Source: a phage. From it: a stretch of 64,000 nt of DNA. A program made the position numbers and the translations under genes. The notes below the pieces were generated by a model, which was given only the letters and a program-made list of their open reading frames with translations, had not been told where the DNA came from and did not search any database. The stretch is from the sequence record PZ171033.1. One strand, written 5' to 3'. Below are positions 59,793 to 64,000 of this stretch, one piece after another. Position 1 is the stretch's first letter, and every line of letters starts with the position of its first letter.

Positions 59793-60269
59793 ATGAACTG
59801 GAATGACTTGTTCACATACAGCAATGGTGCTCTTTACTGGAAAGTATCTAGAGGCCGTGCACTAGCTGGGGCTGTTGCCGGGAGTGTGGACAATAGTGGA
59901 TACGTTAGAGTCAAATGCTTCAAAAAGATGTACTTGGTTCACCGTATAATCTATGAAATGGAAATCGGCCCAATCCCTGATGGCTACCAGGTAGACCATA
60001 TTGACCATAACAGGTTAAATAACTACCCAAGTAACTTCCGTTTAGTCACCAATTTAGATAACTGCCGTAACCAAAAGAAAAGGATAACCAATTCTTCTGG
60101 TATTACAGGAGTCTATTGGCACTCCAGAGATGAAATATGGGCTGCTTCCATAAATGATAATGGTAAGCAAATTTATTTAGGAAAATTCCCTAGTAAAGAA
60201 GAAGCTGCTAAAGCCAGGAAAGAGGCTGAAAAGCTTATTGGTTACCATAAAAATCATGGAGCACCTTAA
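59793..60269 (+). CDS. HNH-AP2 homing endonuclease (free-standing)
   Basis: HNH motif YQVDHIDHNRLNNYPSNFRLVTNLDN; AP2 ITGVYWHSRDEIWAASINDNGKQIYLGKFPSKEEAAKA; ATG 59793 chosen inside track ORF 59559. Confidence 0.75.
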   Translation: MNWNDLFTYSNGALYWKVSRGRALAGAVAGSVDNSGYVRVKCFKKMYLVHRIIYEMEIGPIPDGYQVDHIDHNRLNNYPSNFRLVTNLDNCRNQKKRITNSSGITGVYWHSRDEIWAASINDNGKQIYLGKFPSKEEAAKARKEAEKLIGYHKNHGAP

Positions 60270-61444
60270 TGAATAACATACCTACACATACCCTTACTGA
60301 TGAACAGTTAATGAGGGAGTACGACAGGATCCAAGCTAACGCCTTTCTAGGCAAGTCTGCTGCCTTTTTTGGTTCATTGCTGTGTAGTCTTAAGTTCTCA
60401 TGGAAACGCGAGGACTGTCCCACTGCATGTACAGATGGGATAGAACTCCATTTCAATCCAGACTTCTTTATCTGGATGTGTCCTGATGCAAGAGAAACAG
60501 TACTAATGCACGAACTCTGGCATGTGGCATATCTGCATGGAATCCGTTGTGGAAGCCGTGACCCAGAAATCTGGAACCAGGCATGTGACCACTTCATTAA
60601 CCTTCAGTTAGAGGAAGATGGTTACAAGTTCACTGGTATCGACAAAGGCATTTGCAAAGACCCTCAATATAAAGGATGGGTCGAAGAAGACATCTACGAT
60701 GACCTGATGAAGAACCCTCAGAAAAGGCAGAAGCCGTCAGGGGGTGCTGGAGCAGGTCTTGCTGGCGACATGAAAGCTCCCTCTTCGGGGCAGTCCCAGG
60801 GTGCTGTTGTCAACAACGTAGTACGTGCAATGCAAAGTCAGAAGATGGCTGGTGGAACAATGCCCGGTAAGGGTGCTGGTCGTATGGAAGAGGTTATTAC
60901 CCAATTCCTTAAGCCAGTGGTTCCATGGCAGGAAGTCCTCATGAACTTCTTTACCGACATTGATGACACTCACTATACGTGGGCCAGACCTAACCGTCGT
61001 TACACTGACATCTATCTACCTTCACTGGAAGATGATGAAGGGCGTCTACGACACTTAGCTTACTTTGAGGATGTATCAGGTTCTATTAGTAGTGCTGACT
61101 CTCTGCGTTTTAACTCAGAGGTTGCCTACGTTAAGAGCCAGTTCAACCCTAAAAAGATGTCCTTAATTACCTTCGACGATATTATCCAAGAAGAGATGGA
61201 CATCACTGAAGAAGATACTTTTGAAGAGATTAGGATTACAGGTCGTGGTGGTACAAACCTTGAACCAGTACGAGAATGGATTATTAAGAATAAGCCAACC
61301 GCTGCAATCATATTCTCCGATATGTATGTTCGCCCAATGGAAGAATTGCCATTTGATATACCTATCATTTGGTGTGTTCTGAATAATCCTAATGCTACCG
61401 TACCTTTTGGGGAGGTAGTTCATATCCCTAAAGGAATGAAATAA
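60269..61444 (+). CDS. VWA-domain protein with HExxH metallopeptidase-like motif (MoxR partner)
   Basis: LMHELWHVAYLH; C-terminal VWA-like region; adjacent to AAA+ ATPase. Confidence 0.55.
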   Translation: MNNIPTHTLTDEQLMREYDRIQANAFLGKSAAFFGSLLCSLKFSWKREDCPTACTDGIELHFNPDFFIWMCPDARETVLMHELWHVAYLHGIRCGSRDPEIWNQACDHFINLQLEEDGYKFTGIDKGICKDPQYKGWVEEDIYDDLMKNPQKRQKPSGGAGAGLAGDMKAPSSGQSQGAVVNNVVRAMQSQKMAGGTMPGKGAGRMEEVITQFLKPVVPWQEVLMNFFTDIDDTHYTWARPNRRYTDIYLPSLEDDEGRLRHLAYFEDVSGSISSADSLRFNSEVAYVKSQFNPKKMSLITFDDIIQEEMDITEEDTFEEIRITGRGGTNLEPVREWIIKNKPTAAIIFSDMYVRPMEELPFDIPIIWCVLNNPNATVPFGEVVHIPKGMK

Positions 61445-61950
61445 TGGTTGTTAATGGTAATTCTCTATATCGTTCATCTCAGTTGCTGGATGTCCCTGAC
61501 CGTAAGATATCCGAACATGGTGTAAGCTATGGATTAGGTGAAGCTGGTTATGATATTCGTATCAAACAAGATATTACCTTCTATCGCTTATTTGGGTTGA
61601 TTCCAATGGTGAAGGTCGTTGATGGAAAGCAAGTATCACGACATTTTGGTAAGTTCACATTGGCTTCAGCAATTGAGAAGTTCAACATGTCCCCATCCTG
61701 TGTAGCTATCGTTCACGATAAGTCTACCTGGGCAAGACGTGCATTATCAGTGTTCAATACCGTAATAGAACCAGGTTGGAAAGGGTATTTGACTCTTGAA
61801 CTGGTCTATCATGGTCGCAAGAAATTGCATATCCCGGCTGGTGCTGGGATAGCCCAAGTATTATTTCATCTGGTTCAAGAACCTGCTAATTACAATGGCA
61901 AGTATATGAACCAGGAAAACAAACCAGTAGCTGCAAGAAGCAGTAAATAA
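61444..61950 (+). CDS. dCTP deaminase-like protein (dUTPase fold)
   Basis: Motif VIEPGWKGYLTLELVYHG...GAGIAQVLFH. Confidence 0.55.
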   Translation: MVVNGNSLYRSSQLLDVPDRKISEHGVSYGLGEAGYDIRIKQDITFYRLFGLIPMVKVVDGKQVSRHFGKFTLASAIEKFNMSPSCVAIVHDKSTWARRALSVFNTVIEPGWKGYLTLELVYHGRKKLHIPAGAGIAQVLFHLVQEPANYNGKYMNQENKPVAARSSK

Positions 61951-61959
61951 GGAAGCAAC

Positions 61960-62169
61960 ATGTCAGTATTTCAAGTAACTCATGCAACCTCAGATGTACG
62001 TGTAACCATTAATGCTGCAAATGTAGTAGGAGTGGAACAAATTCCACTGTCTGATTGTGCACGTATCACATTCGTAAATGATAGTACTATGGACACCAAA
62101 GAAACCTATCGTTCGGTACGTAATTACCTGAAGAAAGCTCTTGCTCCTGCAAGCAAAGATGCTGAGTAA
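61960..62169 (+). CDS. hypothetical protein
   Basis: 69-aa ORF followed by 9-bp-stem hairpin. Confidence 0.4.
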   Translation: MSVFQVTHATSDVRVTINAANVVGVEQIPLSDCARITFVNDSTMDTKETYRSVRNYLKKALAPASKDAE

Positions 62170-62242
62170 GTAACTGCCTAAATAGCCCAGCATAGTTGGG
62201 CTATTTGTGAAGAAACTAACTCAACCACTCAAAGGAATTATC

Positions 62243-62485
62243 ATGGAGTCTTTAGCCGTATTTTTCGCTGCATTCTTTATCCTGGTTGTATACCTTATCC
62301 CAACTATCATTGCTTTTGCACGAGGCCATGCCTCTAAGTGGGGTATTGGTGTACTCAATATCGTACTCGGATGGTCACTGGTATTCTGGGTAATTGCACT
62401 GATTTGGTCACTGTCCAACAAAGGTCAGAACCAGGTTACAAATGTAACTGTTGTTCAAACCAATGGTGGCAGTAAAGCAGAGTAA
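62243..62485 (+). CDS. superinfection-immunity-like membrane protein
   Basis: PTIIAFARGH...NIVLGWSLVFWVIALIWS resembles the Imm family signature; AAGGA RBS; terminator downstream. Confidence 0.5.
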   Translation: MESLAVFFAAFFILVVYLIPTIIAFARGHASKWGIGVLNIVLGWSLVFWVIALIWSLSNKGQNQVTNVTVVQTNGGSKAE

Positions 62486-62557
62486 CTAACCGTAATAGTC
62501 TCATGAGGCTATTACTGGAAGTTCCTTCCAGCTCATTGCTTATCCATCTCCTAATCC

Positions 62558-62587
62558 AAGCCCACCTAACCCGTGGGCTTTTTTAAT
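62558..62587 (+). terminator. rho-independent terminator
   Basis: AAGCCCAC-CTAACCC-GTGGGCTT then TTTTAATT. Confidence 0.65.
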
Positions 62588-62600
62588 TACAGGTACTCTT

Positions 62601-62987
62601 ATGTCAAACAGACAAAATGGTAAGTCTATCTTCCAGGGGATGGACTTTGGTAAGTTGGAACAAACTGCAATGCTTGCTGTTGGGAAGTCTCTTCATAACA
62701 CCGTAGAGCAGGGTGAGATTGACCCGGATATCTACGCAGCAATGCAAGTTCTTATTCAGAAAGGGTGGACTAGTAGAACACTCCGTGTCCAACCATATAT
62801 TCCCCCGGAACCCCATCTGAAATCTAAGGTAGAACGAATCATTGATGACTTCTGGGCTTACCCAGGCGAAGGACACATGTATCTGTATCTGGAACAGTTA
62901 CAGAAGAATCCAATCACTAAGGATTCATTCAAAGGTGGGAGCACTACTCACCATTACCCTTGGTATAGAAAAGGTAGCAAATACTAA
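62601..62987 (+). CDS. hypothetical protein
   Basis: 128-aa ORF after terminator. Confidence 0.45.
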   Translation: MSNRQNGKSIFQGMDFGKLEQTAMLAVGKSLHNTVEQGEIDPDIYAAMQVLIQKGWTSRTLRVQPYIPPEPHLKSKVERIIDDFWAYPGEGHMYLYLEQLQKNPITKDSFKGGSTTHHYPWYRKGSKY

Positions 62988-63430
62988 TGCGTATTCCATT
63001 CCTTAAAAAAAGAAAGCAATCCCCTGTTCTTTATAAGAAAGGTATTGAGGATGAGTATGAACTCAACCGTAAAGCCCGTTCCTACGCAACAAAATTATTC
63101 ATGGGGACCAATACCCCCGATAGATTACTGGACTTTGTTTTCGAACAAGTCTTTATCATATACAGCTTAGCTATGTCTGCTGGTTCACAAGAAGTAAGTG
63201 ATAAGGCAAGAGATGCTCTCTGTATGCTCCGTAAAGAGTATGAAGCCCTCATGTATGAAGACTTGTACTCCTTTAAAGAAGAAACCGCTGTAGCGTGTTC
63301 TGTGGCCCTTACTGAAGGTATAGCAGTATTACAGGAACTACCCCGTAGTGAGTTTAAGCTGGTATATGTTCAGGCCAAGAAGATTACAGAAAGCCGTAGT
63401 GGTATCACCAACTATCTAAGGTCATTCTAA
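62987..63430 (+). CDS. hypothetical protein
   Basis: Coupled ORF. Confidence 0.45.
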   Translation: MRIPFLKKRKQSPVLYKKGIEDEYELNRKARSYATKLFMGTNTPDRLLDFVFEQVFIIYSLAMSAGSQEVSDKARDALCMLRKEYEALMYEDLYSFKEETAVACSVALTEGIAVLQELPRSEFKLVYVQAKKITESRSGITNYLRSF

Positions 63431-64000
63431 TGATTAAGGCAACTGTCATTGCAGATTCCGTTCATCATGCAACGGGTACTCGTATTACTACCTTTGAATT
63501 GGTTTATCCCCGATTCATTCACAGTGAGTTTATGACCCACCGTGTATTCAACCGCAATGCTTCAAGTAGTCGTGCTATCCCTACCGCTAAGTTCATCGAA
63601 CAGGTTCGTAATGAGCCAGTGATGCCAAGTCACTGGGGCAAGAACCAGAAAGGTATGCAAGCAGACGAGGAACTCACTCCTATGGAGATTGAGGATGCTA
63701 AGTTTATCTGGGATAACGCTGCATCTGCTGCTGCTGTATATGCCGAACAACTCCGACGTGGGCAAGTACATAAGCAGATTGTTAACCGTATTCTGGAACC
63801 ATTTACGCATATCCGTGTAGTGGTAACTTCAACTAGCTGGGCTAATTTCTATGGATTGCGTGACCATAAGGACGCACAACCAGAGATTCGTGAATTGGCT
63901 CAAGCAATGCGTAAGGCTCATAATGAAAGTGTTCCATCTAAGCTGTCCCAAGGTGAGTGGCATCTGCCTTACATCGGCTTTCCTGACCGTAGTGCTGCTT
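63430..64000 (+). CDS. ThyX-like (flavin-dependent thymidylate synthase-like) protein, 3'-truncated by window end
   Basis: ATG overlapping upstream stop (TAATG); FELVYPRFIHSEFMTHRVFNRNASSSR aligns to the ThyX FxxxxPxFxxxxxxRHR...S.R region; not in ORF track because it has no stop in window. Confidence 0.45.
   Translation, partial: MIKATVIADSVHHATGTRITTFELVYPRFIHSEFMTHRVFNRNASSSRAIPTAKFIEQVRNEPVMPSHWGKNQKGMQADEELTPMEIEDAKFIWDNAASAAAVYAEQLRRGQVHKQIVNRILEPFTHIRVVVTSTSWANFYGLRDHKDAQPEIRELAQAMRKAHNESVPSKLSQGEWHLPYIGFPDRSAA

Noticed and set aside
62170-62205. Hairpin AATAGCCCA-GCATAGT-TGGGCTATT as a terminator
   Set aside because: Perfect 9-bp stem but no downstream U-tract; not called as a terminator, though it may be an RNA processing or binding site.
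1-64000. Lysogeny module (integrase, repressor, attP)
   Set aside because: No tyrosine/serine recombinase motifs or repressor-like ORFs seen; gene content is that of a strictly lytic N4-like phage.

Overview
This window looks like most of the genome of an N4-like (Schitoviridae) podophage, read entirely by eye from motifs; no searches or folding programs were run. Plus strand 1-13.4 kb holds a replication module: a family A DNA polymerase interrupted by an HNH endonuclease gene, a PD-(D/E)XK nuclease, a primase-like protein, a P-loop ATPase, an SSB-like protein and a RuvC-like resolvase. It is followed by a 2.6-kb ORF-free stretch packed with tRNA-like modules and stable hairpins. Minus strand 13.4-45.7 kb holds a 3456-aa virion RNA polymerase and the late block: terminase, tail proteins, a lysis cassette (holin, GH108 muramidase, embedded spanins), portal, major capsid protein and large internal virion proteins. 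Plus strand 45.9-64 kb is the early/middle region: a tandem array of paralogous small genes, three virion-RNAP-promoter-like hairpins, a two-subunit T7-like RNA polymerase with a homing endonuclease gene between the subunits, an Ig-like decoration protein, a MoxR-type AAA+ ATPase split by a probable group I intron, a VWA protein, a dCTP deaminase-like protein and a partial ThyX-like ORF. Many rho-independent terminators are visible. No CRISPR array, integrase or repressor was seen. The most unusual features are the four homing endonuclease insertions, the paralog array and the atypical tRNA-like cluster.
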